Part shown: piece by piece, positions 34,768 through 47,534 of the stretch
Position numbering within the stretch: the stretch's first letter is position 1
Layout of the letters: every line of letters begins with the position of its first letter
Assembly (NCBI GenBank): GCA_001599295.1
Contig: BCGN01000003.1
Coordinates: 1,240,001-1,304,000 of the forward strand
Direction of reading: 5' to 3'
Source: Sporopachydermia quercuum
Lineage: Eukaryota
DNA: 64,000 bases
The notes under the pieces: model-generated
Seen by the model: only the letters and a program-made list of their open reading frames with translations
What the model was told of the DNA's origin: nothing
Database searches by the model: none
Program-made: the position numbers and the translations under genes

Positions 34768-35222
34768 GGGGTGTTCTGTTCATTTTTGGCAAGCACCAAC
34801 TTAGTAGCCTATGATATGGTATGAATATCTAACTGAATGATCTACGGGTTAATATACTATTTGCTCCTGATTAAGTGTTAGTCGCTTGAGTTTGTTTTTT
34901 TCTTTTATTATAGTAAAAGTATATGGGAACAATGACATCGTCTATAGTAACATAATACAAGGGCAAACCATAATATACGATGAATCATATGAATTATTGT
35001 CACTATACTATACAATAGGTAGTTCAATGAGATCATAGGTTAGTATCTCTCTTCTCTCTTCTAGTAATGTATGTACAATATAATATGATATGATGAGATG
35101 ATCAGTATCATCCTTTTTCTCCTTTTGCATAACATCACCTTCGTATTGCCAAGTTCTTACATTGATTCTTACTATCTGTTAACTTTCTTCTCACTTCCAT
35201 TAAAATAAATCTGAACCTCTTA

Positions 35223-36392
35223 CTATTTCCACTTACCCAAATACACCAAACATTCTTTCAACCTTTTCAACCCTTCTATCAAATCAGCTTTTTTATTAGC
35301 ATACCCAATTCTGATATAACCAGGATTCCTCATAACTTCACCAGGAACTACCAAACAACTATACTTTTCAACTAAGACTCTAGAAACCATCTCAGTATCA
35401 TCTTCATTAACAATTCTCATAAATGCTGTTGTGCCAGCTTTCGGTTCAACCAGTTTGATATTGCCACGGCTCTGCTCAACAAAATCAAGCAGAATCCGAA
35501 GATTCTCCCTGCAGTTCTTATTGTTATATTCTATAAGCGTTTCCCAACTTTCAAGGGCCCATGAACTTATTAAGTCGCTGATGAAACTAACACTGATCGT
35601 ATTATAGTCTCTATGGCTCAGCGCATCTTCAATGAAGCTTCCATCGTGAGAGGCAATCCAGCCTAATCTCAAACCAGCTAAATTAAACGGCTTCGACATA
35701 CTTCCCGTTATAATTGCCTTGTCGTAGAGAAGAGCTAAAGATTTTGGCTCTTCCATGCCTTCTGGTAATGAATGAAATAAAGGTCTGTATACTTCATCAC
35801 ATAAAACATAAATATCAAGCTGTTTAGCGATAGAGACAATTTGCTGCAAAGTCTCATTTGATAAAACCGAACCAGTAGGATTATTAGGATTATTCAGAAC
35901 TATCAATTTAGTTTCTTTCCTTATTAATGATTTGAGCCTTGTCAAGTCAACGTCATAATCATGATTGGGATCCAAGTCTAAAATATCTAAATCTGCACCA
36001 AAAGTTGTTGCTAATGTTTGCAATTGTTGATAAGCAGGTGATACTGAAATCACATGATCATTTTTATTTATCACTGTGTAGAATACAAGGAAATTTGCAC
36101 CAATGCAACCATTAGTAATTACAATATTATCTGGTGTGATTTTGCTGTCTTCTTTATCTGCGTGGTAGTTGATCATATTAGCAACGGTATTTCTAAGTTT
36201 ATTCGAACCTGGAATCGAGCCATAACCCAACCGAGTATTGGTTATTTCATCAATAGGAATAGGTTTACCGATAATTGAAGATACGTCGTTAAGAGAAAGA
36301 GAATCACAACATGTTTCGGCGATGTTAACTGAAACCTTCGTTTCATACTTATCCATCCATTGTTCTACACCGAATGGTTCTTGGTTGACCAT
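35223..36392 (-). CDS. PLP-dependent class I/II aminotransferase (FxVEQWMD/ETCC subfamily)
   Basis: ATG at 36392 (MVNQEPFGVEQWMDKYE); NNPNNPTG, DEVY, GSMSKPFNLAGLRLGW with the PLP Lys. Confidence 0.88.
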   Translation of the reverse strand: MVNQEPFGVEQWMDKYETKVSVNIAETCCDSLSLNDVSSIIGKPIPIDEITNTRLGYGSIPGSNKLRNTVANMINYHADKEDSKITPDNIVITNGCIGANFLVFYTVINKNDHVISVSPAYQQLQTLATTFGADLDILDLDPNHDYDVDLTRLKSLIRKETKLIVLNNPNNPTGSVLSNETLQQIVSIAKQLDIYVLCDEVYRPLFHSLPEGMEEPKSLALLYDKAIITGSMSKPFNLAGLRLGWIASHDGSFIEDALSHRDYNTISVSFISDLISSWALESWETLIEYNNKNCRENLRILLDFVEQSRGNIKLVEPKAGTTAFMRIVNEDDTEMVSRVLVEKYSCLVVPGEVMRNPGYIRIGYANKKADLIEGLKRLKECLVYLGKWK

Positions 36393-37590
36393 CTTGTATT
36401 TTTGTAGATTTCTGGTGTGATTTCTAATAGTTGTAACCAATTCAGCAGTTGATCAAAAAGAAAGTATTATAAGCTATTTGATTATAATTGCTGCTGTACA
36501 ATGACAATAACGGGGAAGAGGAAAGAGAAAAGATAAAGGAGAGAAGACGATGAAGATATATAGGGTTGAAGTGAGTGAGGAAAGATAAGATGAGTCAGGA
36601 CAAATGGGATTAAGGTTTGATTAGCTGAAAGCTGAAGTATAATTGTTTCGGCAAGGCATGGAAATTTGAGTTTTTCAATCCTAAGATTTTGAATAAGCAA
36701 AGTTGGTCTATGCCAAAAATTTCTGAAGAACAATATATAATTATACTTGATTCTACATATTGTTTATTTTATTATGTATTACATATCAGATCCACTCAAC
36801 ATTAAATGACTAACAAAATGCTGCAACCTGAAAAAGAAAAAATTAACCTTTTAAGTTTAGGTTTAAGAATGCTTGCAATGTAAAAACTATTGCCAGGTAA
36901 GGACTTGAACAATTGGATACAAGGTGCAAAAACAAAAAGGGCAAAAACCGAATAAGAGCCCCTCACCTCAAGTATGGTTGTTTTCTAGAATCTTGACAAT
37001 AATTAAGACTCAATCAACCGCTTTAAGAGTTCTATTAACTGAAAGGAGCTGTTGTACATCCTAGTATACAATCAACCATTGCATTAAAACTAATCGGGAA
37101 GTTGAATGTATCAAGTGCCAACCTTATTTTAAACTCAATTGAAACCATTGTATTTCTGTAAGCATATGGTAATAAACATCTTGGTGAAAGGAAATTAGTC
37201 ATTTAAGCTCTTATCAAAAATGAGTCAATATCTTTAGTTGGGCCAATTATTGGAAATTAGTTTCGATGGACGCATCCTAAACAAAAAATCAATCTGTTAC
37301 CACTCAATATCAAGGTCTCAGTTCTTTCTTCTGTAGATTTAATGACCTACAATGATTGGTATGAGAATATCAGTCGAGGCAACGCACTAGTATGCAAATC
37401 AATGCCTACCCGCATATATCACCTGACCACAGTTTCCTACAACATTGTAGAGGATTCTTTCATAGAAAAGTGCTATTATACTTATTATTAGCCCTTTATA
37501 TAAATTTCATAAATATATGAACTATGCTAGTTTTGAAAGTAAATTACATATCTATTATCATAATAACAAGAGTTCAATCTATCAGTTCGT

Positions 37591-38136
37591 TTAAACATCT
37601 TCCGCAGATCCTTTAAGAGTATTATTACCCTCATCTTCTCCATTATTATCGTCATCATCATCGTCTTCTTCTTCTTCGGGCTCAACAGAATATTTACTTA
37701 GTAGGAAATCAATTACTTCTTCTTTACCATTTGATTCAGCTTCAAAGAATGAATCATGACCAGCCTGATTTTGAATATAGGGGTCCAAATCTTCTCTTTC
37801 ACAGAGTAGTTTAACAACTGCTAAGTTACCGGTAAGCGATGCCCAATGAAGAGCAGTGTTTCCAGATAAGTTTTGAAAATTTAGAAATGATTTGGCTTTA
37901 TCAGCGGGCAGTTGAGAAAGCAATGATAACAAATATTTAACTACTTCTTCATGTCCATTTGCTGCTGCCATATGTAAAGGCGTGCTTCCATTGAAGTCAT
38001 CATGGAGCTCACTCAGTATCGATGCACCATGTCTTTCAAAAAATGCTTTCACTTCATCCAAATCTCCTGTCCTTGCATCGTATATTAAATCTCCCAGTTC
38101 CTGATCACTAATCTTGTGTTCTGCAGTATCCGCCAT
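37591..38136 (-). CDS. YAR1: Ankyrin-repeat Rps3 chaperone
   Basis: LIYDARTGDL, STPLHMAAANGH, GNTALHWASLTG and acidic tail. Confidence 0.88.
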   Translation of the reverse strand: MADTAEHKISDQELGDLIYDARTGDLDEVKAFFERHGASILSELHDDFNGSTPLHMAAANGHEEVVKYLLSLLSQLPADKAKSFLNFQNLSGNTALHWASLTGNLAVVKLLCEREDLDPYIQNQAGHDSFFEAESNGKEEVIDFLLSKYSVEPEEEEDDDDDDNNGEDEGNNTLKGSAEDV

Positions 38137-38907
38137 TGTTTAATGTTTATGTAATGTAGTTGTGAACCTGTGATTATGTACAATATTTGATTACTAGAAA
38201 AACAACTAAAAAAACGAAAATTCTGTCACCATTCAGTTGTATTCCGATTGTAGGCTCTATTAGTAGAATCTATGTTGTTTCTCGATGATTCAAAAAGAAT
38301 AAAACATCAAAATGTTCTCTTCCTACTAGCTACTGTATGTATTCTTTTTAGCTATGATATCAGATAACTCTTCCTAACGATAATCCGCCAGTTTTACTTT
38401 GCTCCAAACAGTAACGTATTCTATACTAAAAAACCAAGCTTGACTCTCAACTGACCCCAAACCGACATCTCTGTCATCAGCAATCTACCTAAAAGCTACC
38501 TCTCATGATATTCATTTTTTCTCAATAANGACGAAAATATTGTTAATGAAGAAAATGCTTTTACGTTTATTATTACATCATCAGAAAATACGTTAGAAGA
38601 TTTTTTCTCTTGAGGGGGTTACCCTCCTCTCTTGAACATAGCGTCTCCTCTCTGAGTTACTTTCTCAGTAAGAGAAATAACTATATGGCAAAATCAGCAC
38701 CGATGAGTAGTGTTTCGTTCTGTTGCTTTGAAGAATGTAGGCAAATAATTCTCAAAAGTGAACGTCCTAGCTGTAAACGTTGTTGCGAAACTGAGCTTGA
38801 ATTGCTTGCTTGGCACCAGTGATAAACATCAAAAGACGAAGGCTTGTTAGGTGATCCTTAACTATCTTATTGCATCCTCTTCAACTTGTACACATGCTTG
38901 AATTGCA

Positions 38908-41900
38908 ATGGGCGATAAAGATGAAACCAAATCAACAGCTGACCCGGATGTTAAGAAAACGCCAATTCCACTAAAAGGTAGTTTAAAGCCTACAAATGAG
39001 CTGGATGTTGTCTTCCAAGACATTGAATTATTTCTCGATCAACTGAAGAACGAGAACATTTCAAAGCTAGAATCCATAGTGTATTCGATCACAAACGAAC
39101 ATGGTGACTACAACAATAAGGGCTGGTCATCAAAGCACTACCGGAGAAACAAATTAATCCGAGTATGCATATATTTTCTTGAAAAGGTTGAAGAACTTTC
39201 AATCAAACGTAAAGAAGAATTGAAACGACAATATGAAAAAAATAAGGAATCACCTGTACAAGTGAAAGGCAAAGGAAGTAAAGCTAAGGCAACAAACAGT
39301 AATTTTCCTCCGCCGGATTTAATTCCAATCTCATTATATGATTTAAAACTTGTCCAAAGGCTTATGAATTTTGTCGTGATCCAAGGCTTCAGTTATGGTT
39401 TACCTTCTGGTGTTGGATTACCCATTAGTAGGAGAATATCCGCTAATGATCTAAATGACAAGGTATGGTTTATAGAAGCAATACCAAATATCAATCAAGA
39501 TGCTGAAACAGAGAATAGGATACAACCAATAAGTAAAACAAGAATTAATCCTACAGAAAGGCTTGATTTATTATCTACATTGTGTGATTCATTTCTAACT
39601 ATTATCAACAAACCTTCTGATCTCTCGATATTCATATCAAACGGCCCTTGTATCAGTGATGTAATAACTGCGACAGCCGAATTGGCTTCAAATACTGTTT
39701 ATAGTAGCACTGTCAACGAAAATTTCAACGAGAAATTCGATTCTTTATTAGAACATATTGAAGACACCTATCAACTATACGCAGTCTTCACGTCTCTACT
39801 AGCGACACCGAAGAAAGTACCATTATACTTCACATTATACATTTCATATAAACTAAGTCTTGTTCCTTATCTACGTACTACTAATGGAGTTGAATCTCTC
39901 CTGGAATTTGTGCTTGGCCTTCGTGATGAATCTGATATTGATATCGACAAACTGAATAGNGCATTGAAGATTATCACCAGTGTTCCTAAGACGTTAACAG
40001 GAAAGCAGTATTTCACTGAAATTTTAAGACAATTATTCGAAATCCTTGGTTCAGGGAATAATATTCTGAATAGGCCGACAATGGTGTCATCAGCTGCATT
40101 TATTGTTTGCTCAATTTACGATAATAAGCCTGGTATCATCAAAGATCTATTCATGCCTTATGTACTCAGTTCACTGGATCCATCGTATGTTCTAAGGAAT
40201 GTTCAAACTACAAAAACTACTCATACTGGATCAGTTATCCTTTCTGATAACACTATCAACAAAGGAATGAATGCAATCCTTACGTTATTGAAAAGAGCAA
40301 GCATAGAATTCACAGCTACTCTGCTTGACAATTCATTATGCATGATATTATGGGGTATGCTCTGTTTTTGCAAGAAAAGTAAGAAACCAAGATATGATGT
40401 TATATTTGATCTATTGGTTTCATACTTTACAATTACCAACAATAATAACAGCCAATTAAATGAAATCATCACCAGGCTTACATTCAGTGGTATCCATCCT
40501 TGGTATTATACCACTAGTGCTGCTGGCGACGTTGAAATTCGATACGGTGAACCTGAAGATCATATAGTTCAGAACCAAACCATTGGTAGTAGAGAGGATG
40601 CGTTTAAGCCTGTAGTTAATGAAATAACAGCTAGAATTGAGATATTTTCAAACCTAATACAAAAACTTGATAAAGAGATTGCTAGTTCAGTGTTTGCAGA
40701 TGTATTGAACAAATGGATTATTCAGTCCAAGTTTTTATCCAATGACGAGGAACCTAACGTTATCCATAAGACAGTAGAGAAGTTAGAAACAGCTATTGAA
40801 GATACCACTATTACCAAGGCTTATAGAACGGAAAATGAAGTACTCACAAGAGATTCTGTTGATGAATCCACTGGAATTGTTGATCTTAAGCTCAAATCTG
40901 AGAAACCAACAAAACCTATTATTTCACCAATATCAGCTATCAAGTCGAACGAGAGTTCAACTGAAGAGGACAGCAATGACGTTTTTACTCATTTCATCCA
41001 ATTGAAACTGCTATATACTTTACTAGAGGACAATAAAGACAGAATAGCCAAATCTCCAACAGAAATCTTGAACATTATCGGTTTGATGCTTACACGGTAT
41101 AAATCAGATATTAATACATTCTTACAGAAAAAGAAACAAGAATTGTTGGAAGATCAACAACCAAAAAAATTAATAGAAGAGATAGACAACACGAACAGTA
41201 ACAGCGGCGATCAGCAAGAGATACAATTAGAGTCTTCCAACAACAATGCTATTAACACTCTACTAGAACGACAGTTTGAATCTGATGATTCTGGCCATTT
41301 AGAACTCATGAAAACATTGCTTCAATTGCTATCTACTATTATTTCTGAAAATAAACCATCAGATCTTGATAGCTTTTCATTGGAGATTCTACATACATTG
41401 CCGGAGCCTCTTCTGTTCATTGGTTATTATGGCCCCAGTTCCTTAAAAGCAAATTGTCTATCATTAAGCAAACGGGTTGAATTATTCATACAGAACAACG
41501 AATCGATCAATTCATCAAATAGCTCAAAGGAAATACTACGGAAAGCTATGATGAACCTAAGTGATCCACTAGTTCCTATTAGAGCTTATGGATTAGTTCT
41601 TTTGAAAGAACTAATAGTAAAGAAAGATCCAATCCTAAATATCAACCTTGCTGTGTCGTTGTATTTGGATCAAATGAAGGACAACGATTCATTTATTTTT
41701 CTTAATTGTATTAAAGGCCTAGAAGCGTTAGTTGACATCCATAAGGAACAAGTTCTACCAATACTGATTCAGAGGTATCAGAACGAAAAGATTCCTTTAG
41801 AACAGCGGTTGAGAATTGGCGAAGTTATCTCGAGAGTTGTTGATAGACTAGGTAAAGCACTTGTGTCTGATACTGCTTATAGAATTACTGTTACTATGCT

Positions 41901-42306
41901 GGAAATGATAAGTAAACGTGATGGCAAAGATAACAGTGGGAAGAATGAAAATAGGGTTGACAACAAATTGAGAATGTCTGCAATGAGTATTCTTGGAATT
42001 GTCTGCAAAACAAATCCCCAAGGAATCTCATCATTGATACCTGATGCTCTAGACTGTGCTAATGGTGTACTGATATTTGAGAAAGATGATGACAGCATAA
42101 TAGTACGTAGGGCAGCAGTAGTGTTGATTGCGTCATTAATCACTGGGATAAGCAGTTTGGGAGAGTTCCCTCCAGAAAAGGTGAAAACAACGGTCAGGAA
42201 TTTAAAATATGTTGGTCAAACTGATAAAGATACTCTTGTGAGAGTTCAATGCGGACAAGCTCTCGATTTGATTGGCCAATCAATAGGAATGGCCCTTGGA
42301 CAATAG
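38908..42306 (+). CDS. RTP1: RNA polymerase II assembly/import factor (Rtp1/TANGO6 family)
   Basis: HEAT-like protein with C-terminal LSDPLVPIRAYGL, DNDSFIFLNCIKGL, RLRIGE, LRMSAMSILG, RRAAVVLI. Confidence 0.85.
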   Translation: MGDKDETKSTADPDVKKTPIPLKGSLKPTNELDVVFQDIELFLDQLKNENISKLESIVYSITNEHGDYNNKGWSSKHYRRNKLIRVCIYFLEKVEELSIKRKEELKRQYEKNKESPVQVKGKGSKAKATNSNFPPPDLIPISLYDLKLVQRLMNFVVIQGFSYGLPSGVGLPISRRISANDLNDKVWFIEAIPNINQDAETENRIQPISKTRINPTERLDLLSTLCDSFLTIINKPSDLSIFISNGPCISDVITATAELASNTVYSSTVNENFNEKFDSLLEHIEDTYQLYAVFTSLLATPKKVPLYFTLYISYKLSLVPYLRTTNGVESLLEFVLGLRDESDIDIDKLNXALKIITSVPKTLTGKQYFTEILRQLFEILGSGNNILNRPTMVSSAAFIVCSIYDNKPGIIKDLFMPYVLSSLDPSYVLRNVQTTKTTHTGSVILSDNTINKGMNAILTLLKRASIEFTATLLDNSLCMILWGMLCFCKKSKKPRYDVIFDLLVSYFTITNNNNSQLNEIITRLTFSGIHPWYYTTSAAGDVEIRYGEPEDHIVQNQTIGSREDAFKPVVNEITARIEIFSNLIQKLDKEIASSVFADVLNKWIIQSKFLSNDEEPNVIHKTVEKLETAIEDTTITKAYRTENEVLTRDSVDESTGIVDLKLKSEKPTKPIISPISAIKSNESSTEEDSNDVFTHFIQLKLLYTLLEDNKDRIAKSPTEILNIIGLMLTRYKSDINTFLQKKKQELLEDQQPKKLIEEIDNTNSNSGDQQEIQLESSNNNAINTLLERQFESDDSGHLELMKTLLQLLSTIISENKPSDLDSFSLEILHTLPEPLLFIGYYGPSSLKANCLSLSKRVELFIQNNESINSSNSSKEILRKAMMNLSDPLVPIRAYGLVLLKELIVKKDPILNINLAVSLYLDQMKDNDSFIFLNCIKGLEALVDIHKEQVLPILIQRYQNEKIPLEQRLRIGEVISRVVDRLGKALVSDTAYRITVTMLEMISKRDGKDNSGKNENRVDNKLRMSAMSILGIVCKTNPQGISSLIPDALDCANGVLIFEKDDDSIIVRRAAVVLIASLITGISSLGEFPPEKVKTTVRNLKYVGQTDKDTLVRVQCGQALDLIGQSIGMALGQ

Positions 42307-43633
42307 TATTGATCAACGGCACACTGTTAGGTATAGGATTATTTAATTTCCTATGCACAACGTTCAGCTCTACTTTCTACTGGCAAGTTTCATTCAAATC
42401 CAATGATAAAAGCTCCCCAGTGGATTCTTACAAGGTATCTAACACAAGCGCTAGTACAACCGTTGGTGCTCTACCAAATTTTATCAAAAGTCGGATCTCT
42501 ACAGAAACATTGGGATATATTGAGAGAATTCTCTTTTCTGTTATCTTTACATTGTGATGAATGATCTCTCTTTTTTACCCTCTTGCTAGATCATCTGGGT
42601 ATTCTTCATTTATTGGTGTAAGCGATGCGATTTGTATTTGTATTCAAAAACGACTTAGAATATCCACAACCTTTTACTTCTTCTATTAGTTTTGAGGCAA
42701 TCGTGCGCTTCTATCCGTAGGCCTTCTTTCTAATGGTACATCTTGCATCATTCATAATCATAATCAAACAGGAATGCTCCTTTATAACTGAAATAATAGC
42801 TGAGAGTATGAGCAATTGTTCTTCTATAAACAGGTCCATTGGTTGGTAATGACAAGGAGTTACAAGGATTCCATAGTATTTAATATTCTATAATATTCAT
42901 TAAGATACATATGACCAATCACCATTCCTCTTAGCTAAACAACAGTTTATCATTTGATGCTTTCTGTATATTCTCCAAATTGTCTATTCTCTAGATTATA
43001 TTACTATTTTCACTCAATTGCAACCTGTTAAGAAGAGTTTCAACATTTTGCATCACTTCGACAAGGTCTAGTTCTAATTAATTGGTAGAATAGCTTGCAA
43101 GCAGGTTCATTGACTCACTGAGGATATTATCAGGACATTACCAGGAAGCCATAATAATATTCATCACTCCTATAACCAGCATTTGTTTCCTTTGAATTCT
43201 CTCAGTTATAGTATACTATTGCTATTGATTGTAGGACTCAGTGATCTTCATACTGTCATTCTTGCTGCGGATACTGAACTACCATGATATTCTCATAATC
43301 TTATGGATGGGCCAAATAACAGATATCTTCGATAACAATGACCCTATGCAACAAAGAATAGTTCAGCTTCAGCTTTAATTGTGGTAAATATGTACATAAA
43401 GTATGCTATTGTTGTTGATTATCAGCCATTAAAACTATAGCTATTAGAGTTGATAGCACCACTACTAATAACTGTCAACAGAAACATCATAAATCCAAGA
43501 GCATAATTTCTCGATATAACATTAAAGGCAAAAGAGTCTGTAGGCTTCTAAATCTCCATTCAGTCGTCAAGACAGTGCGCCCTCATTTCCCTTGAAAAGC
43601 TTCATCATCATTGTTTCTCTATTACCTGAATCA

Positions 43634-44809
43634 TCAAAATTCTATCTCAATCCACCCAGGCCATCCAACTTCATTACGACATATCGATCTAATGATATGC
43701 AGCAGGAAACTCTCAACTTTACCAACATTTCTCAATAATGAACCATGTCCTTGATGCTGATGTTGATCTCCTATTTCGCTTTCTATCTTAATACTCTTAA
43801 TTATCTGAACTCGTTCTTTACCAGAATGGGCAATAGCATTACCATCGTCATCGATATCGCATAGAAAGCTGAAATTTATCCGTCTTCTATCTTCTTTATG
43901 TTTCTCACCGAATTCATCCTCATGAACCTCCTTGGTATATATATAAGCTACAACAGCTATAGCATGAATCTCTATATCGGTTACTCGTAGCTTTATAGGT
44001 AAAGAAAGGAAGCTTGGAGAAGGATAATTGAGCAATAAGCTGGCAGTGACATCTAATTGCATATCACCTTTATATTTAATCTCCACAATGAATTGAGTAT
44101 CATCAGATAGTTGATCTTGTTCCTCTTGTTCAATAGGTAGTTGAGGCTGCTTCAAGGGAAATTGACCATTCGATGGATCAAGTGGTAAGTGAGCTAAATT
44201 CAATCCTGAGAACAAAGGAGAATTTCTACCGAGTGTATCAAGACCTAATCCTAAATAGCTATCCTTGTTTATGAAAGGATGATGCGCAAAATAGCCTATG
44301 CTACTAGTTATACCAACTGAAGGACTAGGTACTGATTCAAGGTTACCGCTGGGGAAGATATTATTGGCATTGCTGTTACTGCTATTGATATCATCATGAG
44401 CGTCTAGTTCTTTATGTTCATGGGTGGCTAATGATTGAGCCATAGAATTAGTATCATTAGTACGATCAGCAGCATCAACAGAATCTATTGTTTGGTTGTT
44501 ATGATTTGCAGCTGAGTCATCGCTTTTACTGCTTGGCGCTTGAGATGGTGATTTCTCATGTTCAGTGTCTATATCGTCATCTTGAGAGCTGTGGTCCTCC
44601 TGGTAGAAATCAGTAAAAGGATCACCTATATGACGAATCGTCACTTCAGGTGGAACACTTCCAATATCGAATTTGTCGACAGAAACGTATTTCAAGTAGT
44701 TTGGTAAGGGAATTGATCGGAATTGATCATCAAGGAATGACTTAATGGCATTTGAGTATTTCTCATGTTCTTCTGGTCCAATGTCTGACCAGTTGATGTC
44801 AATTGACAT
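43634..44809 (-). CDS. MDM12: ERMES subunit Mdm12
   Basis: ATG at 44809 (MSIDINW); LLLNYPSPSFLSLPIKL, IESEIGD, LRNVGKVE, WPGWI. Confidence 0.93.
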   Translation of the reverse strand: MSIDINWSDIGPEEHEKYSNAIKSFLDDQFRSIPLPNYLKYVSVDKFDIGSVPPEVTIRHIGDPFTDFYQEDHSSQDDDIDTEHEKSPSQAPSSKSDDSAANHNNQTIDSVDAADRTNDTNSMAQSLATHEHKELDAHDDINSSNSNANNIFPSGNLESVPSPSVGITSSIGYFAHHPFINKDSYLGLGLDTLGRNSPLFSGLNLAHLPLDPSNGQFPLKQPQLPIEQEEQDQLSDDTQFIVEIKYKGDMQLDVTASLLLNYPSPSFLSLPIKLRVTDIEIHAIAVVAYIYTKEVHEDEFGEKHKEDRRRINFSFLCDIDDDGNAIAHSGKERVQIIKSIKIESEIGDQHQHQGHGSLLRNVGKVESFLLHIIRSICRNEVGWPGWIEIEF

Positions 44810-45710
44810 ATTTAACAGATTTTCAGGAAACAAGACTTGTGGGTGCTTTGATAATATATAATATAGCCACAAATATAAGGTGATGCCTGCTGGATGCATT
44901 AACTGATGGTTTTATTGAAAGAATAAACAGATAGTTTATGATAATGGAATGAGGCCGCTAAGTGGTACAGTCATGTGACTTTGTTAGTAAGTAAGGTTTC
45001 ATTTTATATGTACGAGTACGCAAGAGTATGCGAGGAACAAGGATATAAGAGAGAAAGGGTTCTGGAGAAAAGTTGTATTTTGTACCCCAGAGTTAAGGTA
45101 AAAAAAGAATTTATAACAAATTATATTAAGAGATAAAAGATGACCGCTGTACCAAAACAAATGACTTTACTATGAGTACTGTTCAGAAAGGAAAAGAGAA
45201 ACTGAACTCCACACATAAACATGCAAAATATATGCATGATTATGTATAAATGATGCTAAACCATAATTTACGTAGCCCATATCTTTGCTTTTACTACTTC
45301 ATTGAAATTAACCCGTTTTCCATTCCCAGCTCCTCTTATTAGAGTTGTTAAGTTTCTAACTCATAATTCAACATAAATTATAAAAAACGGAGTGAATTCA
45401 CTATAGAATACAATTTCCTTTCATCAGCTACTACCATCTTTCATTTCCTAATACGGAATTCCTACATATACATGCATGGTCCTCAACTTTATATCACAGT
45501 ACTCCTATTGAATCCTCAACAACAGAACTTTTCAACTCTCGCGGCATATGAAGCAAGGGAAATTAATGTTGACTTGAGATAACCAAACCAAGTAGCTACC
45601 TTTGATTTAAGCATGTTGAAAGATTTGACTCACGTTGTGTAGAGTCAATCTTCCTGTAAAGGGTGTAAGTCCTATAAGAAAGAACATTCACAATCTATCA
45701 GTACGATTAA

Positions 45711-46438
45711 ATGATTGTAAGGACATCATTCATCAAACCAATACCTGGTTTGACAACAAAATTTATTGCATCTAGACAGATTTCAATACTGTCATCTTTA
45801 GGAGAGAAGCAAACCCCAAAGGAATATCAACAAGTTAAACTGAAAAGAACTCTAAAGTATGTATACACATAACAGCATGTTGGCATTGGGACAATAAATG
45901 TAGCATTCATTCACTGAATGAAAGTTTCAATAGGATCCGCCAGTTTCAAAAACATAAGAGGTTTTTTTTATTCATTGTCTGAATCATGTACTAATGTGAT
46001 TATAGTGTCCCGCAACATATCTTGCTAGATGTTATCTCCGATGTTGCAAGTTATGAAAAGTTTCTTCCTTTCTGTGAAGAGTCAGTGGTGACATTGGAAG
46101 ATGATAATGGTAAACCTGCCCAAGCTATTTTGAGAATTGGTTGGAAAGGAATTGAAGAGTCATATAAAAGTAAAGTGACAGTTCTGGAAGACTCTGTGAC
46201 AGCTGTATCTCTAACACATCATTTATTTTCTCATTTGTATACTAAATGGATTGTGAGAGAGAACGCTAGTAGAAGCGGAGCAAGTGATGCGGAGCTGGAT
46301 TTACAATTTCAGTTTAAAAACAACTTGTATAATCAAATCACCAAATCATTTGGCACTACTTTTAGTGAGGTCATGGCTAGATCATTCGAAAAACGAGCAA
46401 AGGAAGTTTATGCTCAATTGCAAAACAGACAGTCATAA
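45711..46438 (+). CDS. COQ10: Coenzyme Q-binding START protein; exons 45711-45856 and 46006-46438
   Basis: Intron 45857-46005 (GTATGT..TACTAAT..TAG) in frame; mitochondrial presequence; VISDVASYEKFLPFC, ESYKSKV, FEKRA. Confidence 0.88.
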
Positions 46439-47534
46439 AGAGCGATTAGAAAAAATATTCCAAACGAGCGGAGACATCAAACACGTTCCGCTGAGCTGTG
46501 AAGAAGTATAACACAGCTCATCTATTGAACAGAGATGCAACTTTCTTATTCTTGCTAGTATTACAGAATGCGATCCTGAGGGTCTACACATCGGCAAAGT
46601 GAAGCCTAGCTCCATTACTCTCTTGTACATAACAACATCATAAGACCATGCATAGATTACCCAAACATACATTTAGATGGACAAACATCCTCAGATTTAC
46701 CTTAACTTCCTTTATTTGTCCTCAGATCATAAATCATAAGTATTCCGTCGTTTTTATCGTAAAATTGATTCCATCTGTTCATTCTTCTATCAAGTCTATT
46801 TACTGATTAGATAATCAATAAATGTTACTTCAATGTCTCCTCTCAGATTTAGGAAACTTTCAGAAACACAACTGGGAACCTTTAATGAGTATACTATGCA
46901 CATTAAACAGCAAAGGGAGAACAATTTCCTCCATAATTTATACAACTAGTAACCCAAACAAGTGGAATATTTACGCGTCAACCATCTAGTTAATATCAAC
47001 GACCAATACTTTTGCTCTCTCCAGTTCTTATTCTAATTTCTCAAATATCATCATCTATCCTCTACCCTCTCAACTTCACATCTCCTCCCAATATAATCAT
47101 AACTTCCGCTATTTTCACAACTACTCGCCAACTAGGAGTTTGCAATCCTCTTTTCATACCAGGCTGGCAGGCCCCTTATCGGTCTAAGATACGATACATT
47201 AAATTACTATTATCAATCAATCAATAACTAAACTACTGATATAGCAATTCCTATCTATAGCAGAAACCAGAGGAAAGCTGTTTGAAAATTACCGGGATTT
47301 CATAGGTGTTTCATTGACCTTCAATTTGTAGCAAATTGGTTACCTGAATTTCACCAGAATAAGATATATTGTTTATCATTGTATATTATAATTATCATTC
47401 TGTGAAAGAGATACGGAACTTATTACAACTTGGCATATCAAGGTAGTGGAATTATAAAGACGTTTATATTCACGTTTTGAGCTACCTTTCATTATAATTT
47501 TTTATCTATTTATGCTTATGTCAAAAGAGTGACA

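Noticed and set aside
42249..42557. 102-aa ORF overlapping the RTP1 3' end
   Set aside because: No homology cues and an overlapping frame; likely spurious
43040..43170. GTGATGA...CTGA on the minus strand between RTP1 and MDM12
   Set aside because: No recognisable rRNA guide or terminal box D; expected by chance in AT-rich DNA
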